DNA of 38,267 nucleotides from a virus. Its lineage: Duplodnaviria > Caudoviricetes. Shown piece by piece: positions 16,847 through 27,001 of this stretch; positions within the stretch are counted from its first letter, which is position 1; each line of letters opens with the position of its first letter. Position numbers and translations under genes: made by a program. Under the pieces are notes generated by a model that saw only the letters and a list, made by a program, of their open reading frames with translations, made no database searches and was not told the DNA's origin. The stretch covers positions 1 through 38,267 of IMG/VR virus record IMGVR_UViG_3300020042_005441; one strand, given 5' to 3'.

Positions 16847-18076
16847 ATGGCATTCAAATTTAATAAAGGTTCACAAGTTATTGGCGATTTAATATCAGCC
16901 GACGATCCACAAAGAAATACTAAAATTGATTTTGGTGATGATCAAATCAATTTTGTTGTAAGTGGAACAATAGTCGCTTCAATAACTTCAAATCAATTTA
17001 GTGCTTCTTACTTTGCTGGCGATGGTTCTTCTTTAACTGGTATTTCTGGTGGAGGTGGTGGAGATATAACTTCCGTAACTGCTGGAACTAATTTAACTGG
17101 TGGAGGAATAAGCGGAGCAGTAACATTAAATTTAGCAGAAAGCATTTCCTTAACAACAATAACAGCTTCTAATTGGGTTGGATTACCAGCTTCTATATCC
17201 AGTGATTTCTTTGGAGGACAATTTGGTGATGGTAGTGATGGTGATTTAACTGTTGTTGGAACTTATACCGCTGCTAAAGAACTGCATTTTAATAATCTTA
17301 CAATTCCAACAGGCACAGCATTTAAGCCAAACGGTCATAAAGTCTTTGTATCAAACACACTTACTATTGGATCTGATGCTTCCTTAAATGACGATGGGAA
17401 TAATGCTACAAATCAAGCTGCTGGTTTGGCTTTAGCGAGTAGAAATTACTTAATAGCAAATTCTTCTCAAGGTGGAAACGGAGTTGCTTTAACTGCACTT
17501 AACTGGTCGAATGGCTCTAACGCTAATACTATTAGTAATGCTTCTCCAAACAATTCTGGACAATCACCAACAGGAGGAAAAGGTGGAAACGTAACCCTTC
17601 GTGCAAATACAGGTGGTAATGGTGGCACAGTAACAGTCCTTGCTCAAAAATGGAATGGAGCTTGGCAAACAGGAAGATATTCTGCTAACGGATTTAATGG
17701 AGGCTCTGGTGGTGGTGGTGGCGCAATTAATATAACTGCTTATACCTCTGGTATTTTTTCTTCTGGTGGTGGAGGAAGTGGTGGTGGAGCAGTTTGGGTA
17801 TCTGCTAAAAACATTGATAATCAAGGAAGAATTTCTGCTAATGGCGGAAAAGGTGCTGATGGAATTTTAGCAACTGGAACTGCTGAATGTGCTGGTGGTG
17901 GAGGTGGTGGAGGCGGAAATACTTGTGTTATCACAAAGACCGCTTTAGCATCATTAGGAACCATTCAAGCTAATGGTGGGGTTGGTGGAACTTCTGCTTT
18001 TAATACAGGAACAGGGGTTGGAACAAATGGAACTACAGGTAATGCTGGTTCTCTTTGTATTATTGTATTATCTTAA
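16847..18076 (+). CDS. Glycine-rich fibre/spike protein (start likely 16847)
   Basis: FAGDGSSLTGI, GDITSVTAGTNLTGGG, FGDGSDG, GGGSGGG..ISANGG..GGGGGGG; track start 16787 runs through the terminator. Confidence 0.7.
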   Translation: MAFKFNKGSQVIGDLISADDPQRNTKIDFGDDQINFVVSGTIVASITSNQFSASYFAGDGSSLTGISGGGGGDITSVTAGTNLTGGGISGAVTLNLAESISLTTITASNWVGLPASISSDFFGGQFGDGSDGDLTVVGTYTAAKELHFNNLTIPTGTAFKPNGHKVFVSNTLTIGSDASLNDDGNNATNQAAGLALASRNYLIANSSQGGNGVALTALNWSNGSNANTISNASPNNSGQSPTGGKGGNVTLRANTGGNGGTVTVLAQKWNGAWQTGRYSANGFNGGSGGGGGAINITAYTSGIFSSGGGGSGGGAVWVSAKNIDNQGRISANGGKGADGILATGTAECAGGGGGGGGNTCVITKTALASLGTIQANGGVGGTSAFNTGTGVGTNGTTGNAGSLCIIVLS

Positions 18077-18097
18077 TATTATACAGGAATTATAAAA

Positions 18098-18292
18098 ATG
18101 AAAGTTGAAACAACTATTAAAACTCTATTAGCACCTAACTTAACACACGAAGAAGCAAAAATAATAGCAGAGCAAGAAGGCTGTTCTGGTTATTATTTAA
18201 TCATCCCTCCTTCTATGCAGGGTAGTATAACAGAAGAAACAATATACCCTTTTGTTGTTTCTCAAACTTTTGAAGAGATAATAGGTGAGTAA
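18098..18292 (+). CDS. Small hypothetical protein, possible fibre chaperone
   Basis: 64-aa ORF with AGGA upstream, directly after Gly-rich fibre gene. Confidence 0.5.
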   Translation: MKVETTIKTLLAPNLTHEEAKIIAEQEGCSGYYLIIPPSMQGSITEETIYPFVVSQTFEEIIGE

Positions 18293-18325
18293 TTTAATTA
18301 AATTAGGGTTTTTCTAAACTTAGAC

Positions 18326-18334
18326 ACTATTTAT
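18326..18334 (+). promoter_or_regulatory. Candidate late promoter ACTATTTAT of scaffold-capsid operon
   Basis: Intergenic, about 30 nt upstream of ATG 18365. Confidence 0.55.
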
Positions 18335-18364
18335 TTTTGATTATATATATTGGAGAACTCCTTA

Positions 18365-19393
18365 ATGTCTTCTTTGTTAGAACAAGCAATTATAGATGCT
18401 ACAGCATTAAAAGAAGCTGCACTTAAGAATGCAGAAGCACAAGTATTAGAAAGATATTCAACTGAAGTAAAAGACGCAATAAAAACCTTATTAGAACAAG
18501 ACGAAGGCTTTAATTCACCAGCAGCATCAGAAGGTTCAACCTCTGGTATTAATGGTGGAAGTGTTGGAGATCAAATGACCCAATCTTATAAAGACGGACA
18601 AAAGATGTGTGCTTGTCCAGAAGATGGGGATCAAATTACAATTGATTTAACAGTTGGTGATGTTGATGGAATAGCCAAAGAAGCTAATATTGATCTTTCT
18701 GGTAATAATGGTTCTGCTATGTCTCGTGACGACTTTCTTCAATCACAAGCATCACAACTTCAAGAAGGCGAAGAATATGAGATTGATAAAGGCGAACTTT
18801 TAGATCTCTATGAAAAACTTACAGTAGATGCAAGAGTAGTTCCATATGGTAATATTGAATATCCAGCAAACACACTTGAAGTAGAATATGCAAAAGATAT
18901 TGCAGCAGCCAAAAGAATTCAACTTCAAGCAGAAGAAGAAGTTGAAGTTAAGGTTGAAGAAAACAAAAAGCTTACAAGACAAAATAAAAATTTACAAGTT
19001 GAATATAAAAAACTTGAAAAGATTACTGAAGCACTCGCAAATAAAGTAGAAAATTACGAGAGCAAGATATCACAACTTAAAGAGAGGTTTGATCGTTTGA
19101 GTTTATCAAATGCTAAACTTCTTTTCACAAATCGCGTATTAAATAGTAACTCCTTGAATGAGCGACAAAAAGATAAAATTGTCGAAGCACTATCAAACGC
19201 AAAATCAGCAGATGAAGCAAAGACAATTTACGAAACACTTCAAAGCACCGTGCAGGGCAATAACAAAGTTAATGCTCCAAAATCACTTAGCGAAGCAATA
19301 AGTAGATCTTCTTCAACTGTAGTTCAAACAAAGCAAAATGATACAGCAACTCCAGAAGTGGAAAGAATGCGTCGTTTAGCAGGTATTAAATAA
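18365..19393 (+). CDS. Prohead scaffold/core protein (T4 gp22-like; start likely 18365)
   Basis: Acidic coiled coil immediately before MCP; many [LIV]xE sites; NAKLLFTN, ends RMRRLAGIK. Confidence 0.8.
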   Translation: MSSLLEQAIIDATALKEAALKNAEAQVLERYSTEVKDAIKTLLEQDEGFNSPAASEGSTSGINGGSVGDQMTQSYKDGQKMCACPEDGDQITIDLTVGDVDGIAKEANIDLSGNNGSAMSRDDFLQSQASQLQEGEEYEIDKGELLDLYEKLTVDARVVPYGNIEYPANTLEVEYAKDIAAAKRIQLQAEEEVEVKVEENKKLTRQNKNLQVEYKKLEKITEALANKVENYESKISQLKERFDRLSLSNAKLLFTNRVLNSNSLNERQKDKIVEALSNAKSADEAKTIYETLQSTVQGNNKVNAPKSLSEAISRSSSTVVQTKQNDTATPEVERMRRLAGIK

Positions 19394-19418
19394 ATAAACA
19401 TTTAAGGAGTTTATAATT

Positions 19419-21191
19419 ATGTCTATTATAGAAAAGTTAACAGAGGGCATGGTTCACCGTGACCTCGCAAGAGAAGGAACAGCCCTTCTTAAGAAATGGG
19501 AAAAAACAGGTCTTCTTGAAGGTATTCGTACAGAAAGATCACAACACACAATGGCTCGTCTTCTTGAGAACCAAGCAAAAGAGCTTCTTCGTGAGTCAAA
19601 CTCAATGGCTGGTGGCGATGTAGAAGGTTTTGCAGCAGTTGCGTTCCCAATAGTTCGCAGAGTATTCGCTGGCCTTATCGCCAACGATTTAGTTTCAGTT
19701 CAACCAATGTCACTTCCATCCGGTCTTATCTTCTTCCTTGACTTCAAAGTTTCGGACAGCAACGGTGCTCCAAGATTGGGTTATGGCGTAAATGATTCAC
19801 TTTATGGTGGTGGCGTTCTTGGTCAACAAATCACTGGTGGTGTTTCACTAACTGGTGTAAATGCTGACAAGGGTTTCTACAATATGAATAATGGTTATTC
19901 ATCACCAACAGGTTCAGTAGCAATTGCAACTCTAATAGTTGCTTCTGGTACTATACAAGATGGTGGTATTCCATTGTTCGGTGGTGGTACTGCTGCTTAT
20001 ACATCTCTTTCAAGTCTTCTTCGTTACGACGCAGATCTCGTAAGTGGTTCAGCATTTGCAGTTGCAACTGTTCCTCTTGCAACATTTAAAACAACAGCAC
20101 AGTTTAGTGATAGAAATCTCGTAGCCATTTCTTTCGCCGCAGTAAACACAGGTGCTTCAACAATTACTGATGGTCGTTTGGTTCGTCGTCTTACAAGAAT
20201 TGACCCAACAAACGCAGCAAATGTTCTCTTCGTTGTTGAAGCCTCTGGTGGTGTTGGTGGTGAAACCTCAGTTCTACTTTCTTCATCACTTGATGCTGTA
20301 TCAACTTGCACCTTCCCAATTACTGATGCCTTCGGTATATCAGTAGCCGCTGGTTCAACCAACGCTCTTGGTGCAATTGCTGGTCAAAATACTTGGGGTC
20401 TTGAAGGAAACTCAAACATTCCAGAAATTGATATAAAAATTGACTCAGTATCAATTACTGCTGTCACCAAGAAAATGAAAGCAAAATGGACACCAGAACT
20501 TGGTCAAGACCTTAATGCTTATCACAATCTTGATGCAGAAGTTGAACTTACTTCAATTCTTTCGGAACAAATCGGTCTTGAAATCGACCGTGAAATTCTT
20601 GAAGACCTTATCAAAGGTGCAACCGCTGGTTCGTTCTACTGGTCAAGATCACCCGGTTTATTCGTAAATCGTATAACTGGTGTTGAAGTTGGTGCAGCAA
20701 CCAAAGCTCCAGACTTCACTGGTACTGTGTCACAATGGTATGAAACACTCATTGAAACAATCAATGATGTATCAGCACAAATCCACAGAAAGACACTTCG
20801 CGGTGGTGCAAACTTCATCGTATGTGGTCCAGAAACTGCAAACGTTCTTGAGTTTACTTCTGGTTTTAGAGCCAAAGTAACTCACGAAGACGAGAAGGGT
20901 GAAATTGGAGCAGTTAACGTTGGTTCAATCTCCAAGAAGTTTGACGTTTACGTTGATCCATACTTCCTTCGTAACGTAATCCTCGTTGGTCGTAAGGGTA
21001 GCTCATTCCTTGAGTCTGGCTATGTATACGCACCATACGTTCCATTACAAGTAACTCCTACCATCTTTGGTACTGACGATTTCGTCCCACGCAAAGGTGT
21101 TATGACACGTTACGCTAAGAAAATGGTTAAGCCAGATATGTACGGCTTGGTCATTATTCGTGGTCTTCTTGGCGAAAGCGGCGGCTCATGA
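19419..21191 (+). CDS. gp23: Major capsid protein (T4 gp23-like)
   Basis: LLENQ, PIVRRVF..LIANDLVSVQPMSLPSGLIFFLDF, KAKWTPELGQDLNAYHNLDAEVEL, EIDREI, YAPYVPL, PRKGVMTRY. Confidence 0.97.
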   Translation: MSIIEKLTEGMVHRDLAREGTALLKKWEKTGLLEGIRTERSQHTMARLLENQAKELLRESNSMAGGDVEGFAAVAFPIVRRVFAGLIANDLVSVQPMSLPSGLIFFLDFKVSDSNGAPRLGYGVNDSLYGGGVLGQQITGGVSLTGVNADKGFYNMNNGYSSPTGSVAIATLIVASGTIQDGGIPLFGGGTAAYTSLSSLLRYDADLVSGSAFAVATVPLATFKTTAQFSDRNLVAISFAAVNTGASTITDGRLVRRLTRIDPTNAANVLFVVEASGGVGGETSVLLSSSLDAVSTCTFPITDAFGISVAAGSTNALGAIAGQNTWGLEGNSNIPEIDIKIDSVSITAVTKKMKAKWTPELGQDLNAYHNLDAEVELTSILSEQIGLEIDREILEDLIKGATAGSFYWSRSPGLFVNRITGVEVGAATKAPDFTGTVSQWYETLIETINDVSAQIHRKTLRGGANFIVCGPETANVLEFTSGFRAKVTHEDEKGEIGAVNVGSISKKFDVYVDPYFLRNVILVGRKGSSFLESGYVYAPYVPLQVTPTIFGTDDFVPRKGVMTRYAKKMVKPDMYGLVIIRGLLGESGGS

Positions 21192-21210
21192 TAGTATAGC
21201 CTAATTAGGC

Positions 21211-21256
21211 AAAGAAGCCCTCCATCCCGAAAGGTTTGGGGGGTTTTCTTTTATTT
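21211..21256 (+). terminator. Intrinsic terminator after MCP
   Basis: AAAGAAGCCCTCCA..cc-GAAA-gg..TGGGGGGTTTTCTTT then T-rich tract. Confidence 0.8.
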
Positions 21257-21259
21257 GTA

Positions 21260-21267
21260 ACTATTTA
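21260..21267 (+). promoter_or_regulatory. Candidate late promoter ACTATTTA
   Basis: Between terminator and SD GAGGAG of next gene. Confidence 0.55.
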
Positions 21268-21290
21268 ATTTATTGAGGAGTATTTATTTA

Positions 21291-22580
21291 ATGGCAGTCC
21301 CTACGCTAACTCCAGCTTCTACGCTAAGTGCTATTGTATTACCATCAGCAGGAAATCTGGTAGATGTAGCAGCAACTTTACCCTTTGGTATATATGCTTC
21401 CTCACAAGCGTTTCTAACGGGTGCAGTTGACCAAGTAGGATATGTATATAAAAAGCTTGGCGGTGATATATTAGATATTGAAATAACAACAGGAAATGTA
21501 TACGCTGCTTATGAAGAAGCTGTATTAGAATATTCTTATATTGTTAACTTACATCAAGCAATTAACGCTATGCCAACTTTTCTTGGAGCAGCAACAGGAA
21601 CTTTTAATAGTGACGGAGAATTTACTTCTGGCTCAGCACTAGCAGGTCAAAAACCTCAATTAGCTTATCCAAGATATAACTTAGATTACTTTTCAAGATA
21701 TGGTGATGCTTTTTCACTTGAAGCTGGTATAGGTTCAACACAACAAATTTATTCTGCTTCCTTCAGTGTAACTCCAAGTATTCAAGATTATGATTTACAA
21801 ACTATTATTGAATCATCTTCTTTAAGTAACGTGGACCAAGCAAGTGGTGGTCCTGTTCCTTATTCTGGTTCAGTTGGAAATAAAAGAGTAATAATAAGAA
21901 AAGTATTTTATAAAACTCCAAATTCAATGTGGAGATTTTTTGGTTACTATGGTGGTTTAAATGCTATCGGTAATTTATCTTCATACGGTCAATACGCAGA
22001 TGATAGCACATTTGAAGTAATCCCAACATGGCACAATAAATTACAGGCTATGGCTTATGAAACAGCAATCTATACAAGAAATTCTCACTTCTCTTATGAG
22101 ATTAAAAATAATAAAGTTAGATTATTCCCATGCCCAAGTGATATAGGTGTAGATCATATGTGGGTTGAATTTAGTATATCAAACGAATCAAACCCTTGGG
22201 AAACAACTTCAAATTCAAGTGACTCACAAACTGCTGGAGTTAATAACATTAATACACTTCCCTTCTCCAATATACCATATGAAAATATAAACGCAATAGG
22301 CAAACAATGGATAAGAAGATATGCTTTAGCAGTATGTAAAGAAATGTTAGCACAAGTAAGATCTAAATTCTCAACACTTCCAATTCCGGGTGATTCAGTT
22401 ACCTTAAATGGTCCTGCTCTTATGACCGAAGCAAAAGAAGAAAAGAAAGAATTGAAAGAAGAATTAAATAAGATTCTTGATCAAGTAACTTATCATAAGA
22501 TTGCTGAAACAGAAGCTAAAATGTCTGACGATGTTCAAAAGGTTTCTCAAAAGATTCCTGTTCTTATATATACAGGATGA
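21291..22580 (+). CDS. Neck/head-tail adaptor (T4 gp13-like; start likely 21291)
   Basis: KKLGGDILDIEIT, WIRRYALAVCKEMLAQVRSKF, PGDSVTLNG..L..EA. Confidence 0.8.
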   Translation: MAVPTLTPASTLSAIVLPSAGNLVDVAATLPFGIYASSQAFLTGAVDQVGYVYKKLGGDILDIEITTGNVYAAYEEAVLEYSYIVNLHQAINAMPTFLGAATGTFNSDGEFTSGSALAGQKPQLAYPRYNLDYFSRYGDAFSLEAGIGSTQQIYSASFSVTPSIQDYDLQTIIESSSLSNVDQASGGPVPYSGSVGNKRVIIRKVFYKTPNSMWRFFGYYGGLNAIGNLSSYGQYADDSTFEVIPTWHNKLQAMAYETAIYTRNSHFSYEIKNNKVRLFPCPSDIGVDHMWVEFSISNESNPWETTSNSSDSQTAGVNNINTLPFSNIPYENINAIGKQWIRRYALAVCKEMLAQVRSKFSTLPIPGDSVTLNGPALMTEAKEEKKELKEELNKILDQVTYHKIAETEAKMSDDVQKVSQKIPVLIYTG

Positions 22581-22585
22581 TATAA

Positions 22586-23458
22586 ATGAGCCAAATATTA
22601 CAAGAAATAACATTCCAATCTTCTACTCTTGAAACAATTGACTTTGCTTTTTATAATTGGTTAAATGAAAAGATAAATGTTTATTCAACAACTAGCGAAG
22701 GATGGATGAAAGTTCCAGTAACTTGGATATCTGCTGAACGTTCACATCAAATTAAGAACAATAAAGATATTCGTGACTCATCTGGTATGATTAAATATCC
22801 TATTATAACTATTGATAGAAAATCAATAAATAAAGATCCACAAAAGACAGGTTCAATACCAGCAAATCTTAGACCCGTTCAAGATGAAAAGGGTGGAACA
22901 ATAACAATAGCAAGAAGAATACAACAAGAGAAAACTTCTAACTTTCAAAATGCTGATAACGCAAGAAGTCCAGTTAATAGAAGAGGACAAAAAGTTTATC
23001 CATTAGGCGCAAAAGGATACACTAGAAACGATAAAGTTGTTTATGAAACAATAACTATTCCTATACCAGTTCACGTTGCTGTTACTTATCAAATAAATAT
23101 TAAAACAGATTATCTACAACAACTAAATGAAATAACAACCGTATTCTTTACTAAAAATGGTAATACAAAATATATTCAATTAGGAAACGAACACCATAAA
23201 TATGATGCTTTTATTAAAGGTGATTTTACTTTTGAAGATAATTCTTCAAGCTTAAATGAAGATAGAAAAACATACGCAGCATCAATTTCAATAGAAGTTA
23301 TTGGATATCTTATAGGTAGTGGTAACAATCAAGATAATCCAAAAATGGTTATAAGAGAAAACGCAGTAGAAGTTAAGTTCCCAAGAGAAAAAGTAATCAT
23401 TGGAGAGATACCAGATTATTTAAATTCAAATAAAAACAAAACATCTTATAGAGAATAA
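22586..23458 (+). CDS. Tail terminator/completion protein (T4 gp15-like)
   Basis: ETIDFA, KVPV, YPIITIDR, PVHVAVTYQINIKT; position between neck and sheath. Confidence 0.6.
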   Translation: MSQILQEITFQSSTLETIDFAFYNWLNEKINVYSTTSEGWMKVPVTWISAERSHQIKNNKDIRDSSGMIKYPIITIDRKSINKDPQKTGSIPANLRPVQDEKGGTITIARRIQQEKTSNFQNADNARSPVNRRGQKVYPLGAKGYTRNDKVVYETITIPIPVHVAVTYQINIKTDYLQQLNEITTVFFTKNGNTKYIQLGNEHHKYDAFIKGDFTFEDNSSSLNEDRKTYAASISIEVIGYLIGSGNNQDNPKMVIRENAVEVKFPREKVIIGEIPDYLNSNKNKTSYRE

Positions 23459-23487
23459 AGCTTTTTGCTTTATTTACTACTATTTAT
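23454..23487 (+). promoter_or_regulatory. Short hairpin followed by candidate late promoter ACTATTTAT (23479-23487)
   Basis: AATAAAGC-ttttt-GCTTTATT then motif; SD AGGAG before sheath ATG. Confidence 0.5.
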
Positions 23488-23527
23488 TATTGATTAATTC
23501 TAATAATAAGCAGGAGTATTAAAGCAA

Positions 23528-26329
23528 ATGGCTATTTCATCTTATCGTTTCGTATCTCCCGGTGTTCAAGTCCAAGAGATCGATAACTCCCAACTTCCAG
23601 CAATTTCAACGTTAACTGGTCCAACCGTAATTGGTAGATTTGAAAAAGGTCCAAGTATGCGACCAGTATATATTACTTCGTTCTCACAATTTGTTGAAAC
23701 ATTTGGTAATCCAATTCCCGGCAAATCTGGTGAGGATGTATGGCGTGACGGAAACTACATAGGCACTACTTACGCTGCTTATGCCGCTCAAGCTTGGTTA
23801 AAGAATACACCAGCTTTAAATGTAGTTAGATTAGTTGGTAAACAAAATGCTTCTCCTACTGCTGCTGGGTATGCTGGATGGAAAACTGATAACAATTTTG
23901 CTGCTGGGAATACTGGTGGTGGAGCTTATGGTTTATTTGTAATTCCTTCTTCTTCTGCTGCTTCTACTGTAACTGGCACTCTTGCTGCTATTTGGTATAT
24001 CCAAAGTGGCTCAATACAATTAACTGGAAATGTTGCTTCAACTTCAACACCAGTTCAAGGTACAAACGTTTTAATTTCTTCTGTTGCTAATAATGCAGAA
24101 TTTAGAGCAGTATTTATAGGCCCCTCTGGTAACTACACCTCTAATTTTAACTTTGATGCAGACTCCGATTTTTATATTAGAAAAGTATTTAATACTAATC
24201 CAATTCTTACTAACTCGGATATAACCTCCGATTCAACAATCGAAAATTATTGGCTTGGTGAGTCATACGAAAGATCATTACAAGAGTTAGTAAATATTTC
24301 TACAACAACTTACGGGTTTATAGCCCCTCTTGGTAATGCCACTGTTAAATGTAATAACTTCTTAATGGACTCAAAAGAATCAAAAACAGGTTGGGTAATA
24401 GGACAAGACTTAACCAACAACACAGGCTCTTACGTTGCTTCCGCACAACAAAAATTATTCCGTATTGCTACATTAGATAGTGGAGAATACGAACAAAAGA
24501 ATTATAAAATTTCTATTAGTGATGTAAGAGCACCATTAACAGACTTTGATGATTATGGAACATTTACACTTTTAGTTAGAAGAGCTACCGATAGTGATAA
24601 TACACCACAAATTGTAGAAATATATGGAAATGTAAATCTCAACCCAGCTTCACCAGATTATATTGCCGCAAGAATAGGTGATAAGTTTACTACTTGGGAT
24701 GAAACAAACAGAAGACTTGTAGAATATGGAACTTATAACAACTTGTCTAATATAATAAGAGTTGAAATGAATGACGATGTTGATGCTGGTAACGTAGACC
24801 CAACTTATCTACCATTTGGTTTCTTTGGTGCTTCACGCTTCAATACCTTTACCGTAACATCTGGTTCTTCTACAGTTGCTCCTTCTGCTTCACCTGTTTC
24901 TGGTGGATTTGGTAACCCTTATAGTGCTGGTAACTTCTTGTTCACAGCAGTAAATTTAACAGCATCAATTCAATTCCCATCAATTCCACTTCGCATCTCT
25001 TCTTCAGCAGGAGGATTAGGAGATCCACGCAACGCTTACTTTGGTATTACTGTTGGTGAAAGCGTTTCTACAACCACCTTTGACCCAACTTATTATGATT
25101 TTACTAGAGCTTTACCAGCAGATGTGGCAGGAGCAGCTTATGATTCTTCTGGTTCTTTTACCTCAACTTCCTTTGTATTCTCACTTGATAATTTATCATC
25201 CTCAGCGGGCGGAACAGGACTTGACTATAAAGATGGTTCAAGAGCAGCAGGAACTTCTTATAACGGAACAAGTGGATATAGAACAGTAATAAATGCTGGT
25301 TATAATAAATTTACAATGCCTCTCTATGGTGGCTTTGATGGTTTTGATATAACAGAAGCAGAACCATTAAGAAACTCCTTAATGTCTGTTTCCTCAACAG
25401 AAAAGAATTCATCAGTATATAATACATACAGCAGAGCAATTGATATATGTGCTGATCCAGAAAGTTTGGTTACAGATATTATAACTGTTCCCGGTTTAAC
25501 ACTTGCAGGATTAACTAACAAACTTATTGAAACTTGTGAGAATAGAGCAGATGCACTTGCTATAATTGACCTTCCAAATATTTACATACCAGAACAAGAA
25601 GCAAAAGTTACTTCAAGAACAAGTAGATATGTTGGTGATGTTAGTAATGTTGCGTTAACATTAAAGACTAGAGGATTAAATTCAAGCTACGCAGCTACAT
25701 ATTATCCTTGGGTTCAAATCCGCGATACACTAAGCAATAGAAGCATCTTTGTTCCTCCTTCAGTTGTAGCCCTTGGAGCTATGTCTTATGGACAATCTTC
25801 ACAAGAACTTTGGTTTGCCCCAGCAGGGTTTACCAGAGGTGGTTTAACAGAAGGTCGTGGTGGTGTTCCAGTTATTAATGTATCACAAAAACTTTCATCA
25901 AAAGAAAGAGATACACTTTATGAAAACAACATTAATCCTATCGCACAATTCCCAGCAGAAGGTATCGTAATCTTTGGTCAAAAGACACTTCAAGTTACTC
26001 CATCTGCTCTTGACAGAATTAACGTTCGTAGAATGATGATCTTCGTTAAACGCGAGATTTCAAAGATTGCATCAAGACTTCTCTTCGATCAAAATGTTCA
26101 AGTAACTTGGTCAAGATTTACAGGTCAAGTAAACCCATTCCTTGGAACTGTTAAATCAAGATTGGGTCTTACTGATTATCGTGTAATACTTGACAGCACA
26201 ACAACTACACCAGATCTTGTTGATAGAAACATAATGTATGCCAAGATATTCTTGAAGCCAGCTAGAGCAATTGAATTTATCGCAATTGATTTTACAATTA
26301 CCGATAGCGGTGCGTCATTTGCTGATTAA
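23528..26329 (+). CDS. gp18: Contractile tail sheath protein (T4 gp18-like)
   Basis: FVSPGVQVQEID, FVETFG, YYPWV, WFAPAGFTRG, RDTLYENNINPI, GQKTLQ, LDRINVRR, KPARAIEFIAIDF. Confidence 0.96.
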   Translation: MAISSYRFVSPGVQVQEIDNSQLPAISTLTGPTVIGRFEKGPSMRPVYITSFSQFVETFGNPIPGKSGEDVWRDGNYIGTTYAAYAAQAWLKNTPALNVVRLVGKQNASPTAAGYAGWKTDNNFAAGNTGGGAYGLFVIPSSSAASTVTGTLAAIWYIQSGSIQLTGNVASTSTPVQGTNVLISSVANNAEFRAVFIGPSGNYTSNFNFDADSDFYIRKVFNTNPILTNSDITSDSTIENYWLGESYERSLQELVNISTTTYGFIAPLGNATVKCNNFLMDSKESKTGWVIGQDLTNNTGSYVASAQQKLFRIATLDSGEYEQKNYKISISDVRAPLTDFDDYGTFTLLVRRATDSDNTPQIVEIYGNVNLNPASPDYIAARIGDKFTTWDETNRRLVEYGTYNNLSNIIRVEMNDDVDAGNVDPTYLPFGFFGASRFNTFTVTSGSSTVAPSASPVSGGFGNPYSAGNFLFTAVNLTASIQFPSIPLRISSSAGGLGDPRNAYFGITVGESVSTTTFDPTYYDFTRALPADVAGAAYDSSGSFTSTSFVFSLDNLSSSAGGTGLDYKDGSRAAGTSYNGTSGYRTVINAGYNKFTMPLYGGFDGFDITEAEPLRNSLMSVSSTEKNSSVYNTYSRAIDICADPESLVTDIITVPGLTLAGLTNKLIETCENRADALAIIDLPNIYIPEQEAKVTSRTSRYVGDVSNVALTLKTRGLNSSYAATYYPWVQIRDTLSNRSIFVPPSVVALGAMSYGQSSQELWFAPAGFTRGGLTEGRGGVPVINVSQKLSSKERDTLYENNINPIAQFPAEGIVIFGQKTLQVTPSALDRINVRRMMIFVKREISKIASRLLFDQNVQVTWSRFTGQVNPFLGTVKSRLGLTDYRVILDSTTTTPDLVDRNIMYAKIFLKPARAIEFIAIDFTITDSGASFAD

Positions 26330-26331
26330 TA

Positions 26332-26339
26332 ACTACTTA
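26332..26339 (+). promoter_or_regulatory. Candidate late promoter variant ACTACTTA
   Basis: Between sheath stop and SD GGAGG of tube gene. Confidence 0.45.
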
Positions 26340-26366
26340 ATATATAAAGGTTGGAGGACATAATAA

Positions 26367-26990
26367 ATGGCATTCTGGAACGAAGCAGCATTAGAACCAA
26401 AGAGAAAGTTTAAATTCTTAGTAAGATTTGGAGCAGCATCCGATAAACTACCAAGTTTTATTGCTAAAAAAGCTGATAAACCATCATTTGATGTATCGGA
26501 AACAAAGCACGACTTTCTTGGACACGCTTTCTATTATCCCGGTAGAGTATCATGGAAAGAAGTAACTGTAACTATCATTGACCCTGCTGGTGGTGGAGTA
26601 CCTTCTGCTGACGATGCCAACGCTAGCACACTTAGAGCAGCAGCAAACGATGTAACTGACGCTTTATATAATGTTCTTCTTTCTGCTGGTTATCAATCTC
26701 CAACTTCGGCTGGTGCTGCTATAACAGGTGGCTCAGCCCTTTCAACTTTAAGAACAATGGCTAAAGGATCTGCAACAGCACAATTTTCACAAATTGAAAT
26801 AATTCAAATTGATGCAAATGGTAATGCTCTTGAAACTTGGACACTTAATAATGCTTGGATTAAAACCGTTAACTTTGGTTCACTTGAATATGGATCAGAT
26901 GATATAAGTGATGTTACAATATCCTTCCGTTACGATTGGGCTGATGTGAAAATTAAAACCACAGGTTTTGATTCATCACTTGAGCCATAA
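26367..26990 (+). CDS. gp19: Tail tube protein (T4 gp19-like)
   Basis: EPKRKFKF, KPSF, YYPGRVSWKEVTVT, ETWTLNNAWIKTVNFGSLEY, RYDWA; follows sheath. Confidence 0.88.
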   Translation: MAFWNEAALEPKRKFKFLVRFGAASDKLPSFIAKKADKPSFDVSETKHDFLGHAFYYPGRVSWKEVTVTIIDPAGGGVPSADDANASTLRAAANDVTDALYNVLLSAGYQSPTSAGAAITGGSALSTLRTMAKGSATAQFSQIEIIQIDANGNALETWTLNNAWIKTVNFGSLEYGSDDISDVTISFRYDWADVKIKTTGFDSSLEP

Positions 26991-27001
26991 TAGGAATATA
27001 A

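Noticed and set aside
18290-18305. Perfect palindrome TAATTTAATTAAATTA (also GCCTAATTAGGC at 21199-21210)
   Set aside because: Short or AT-only in an AT-rich genome; no independent support as operators
3523-26329. Introns, inteins or homing endonucleases in terminase, portal, MCP or sheath
   Set aside because: Frames are continuous and no intein or LAGLIDADG/HNH/GIY-YIG motifs were seen
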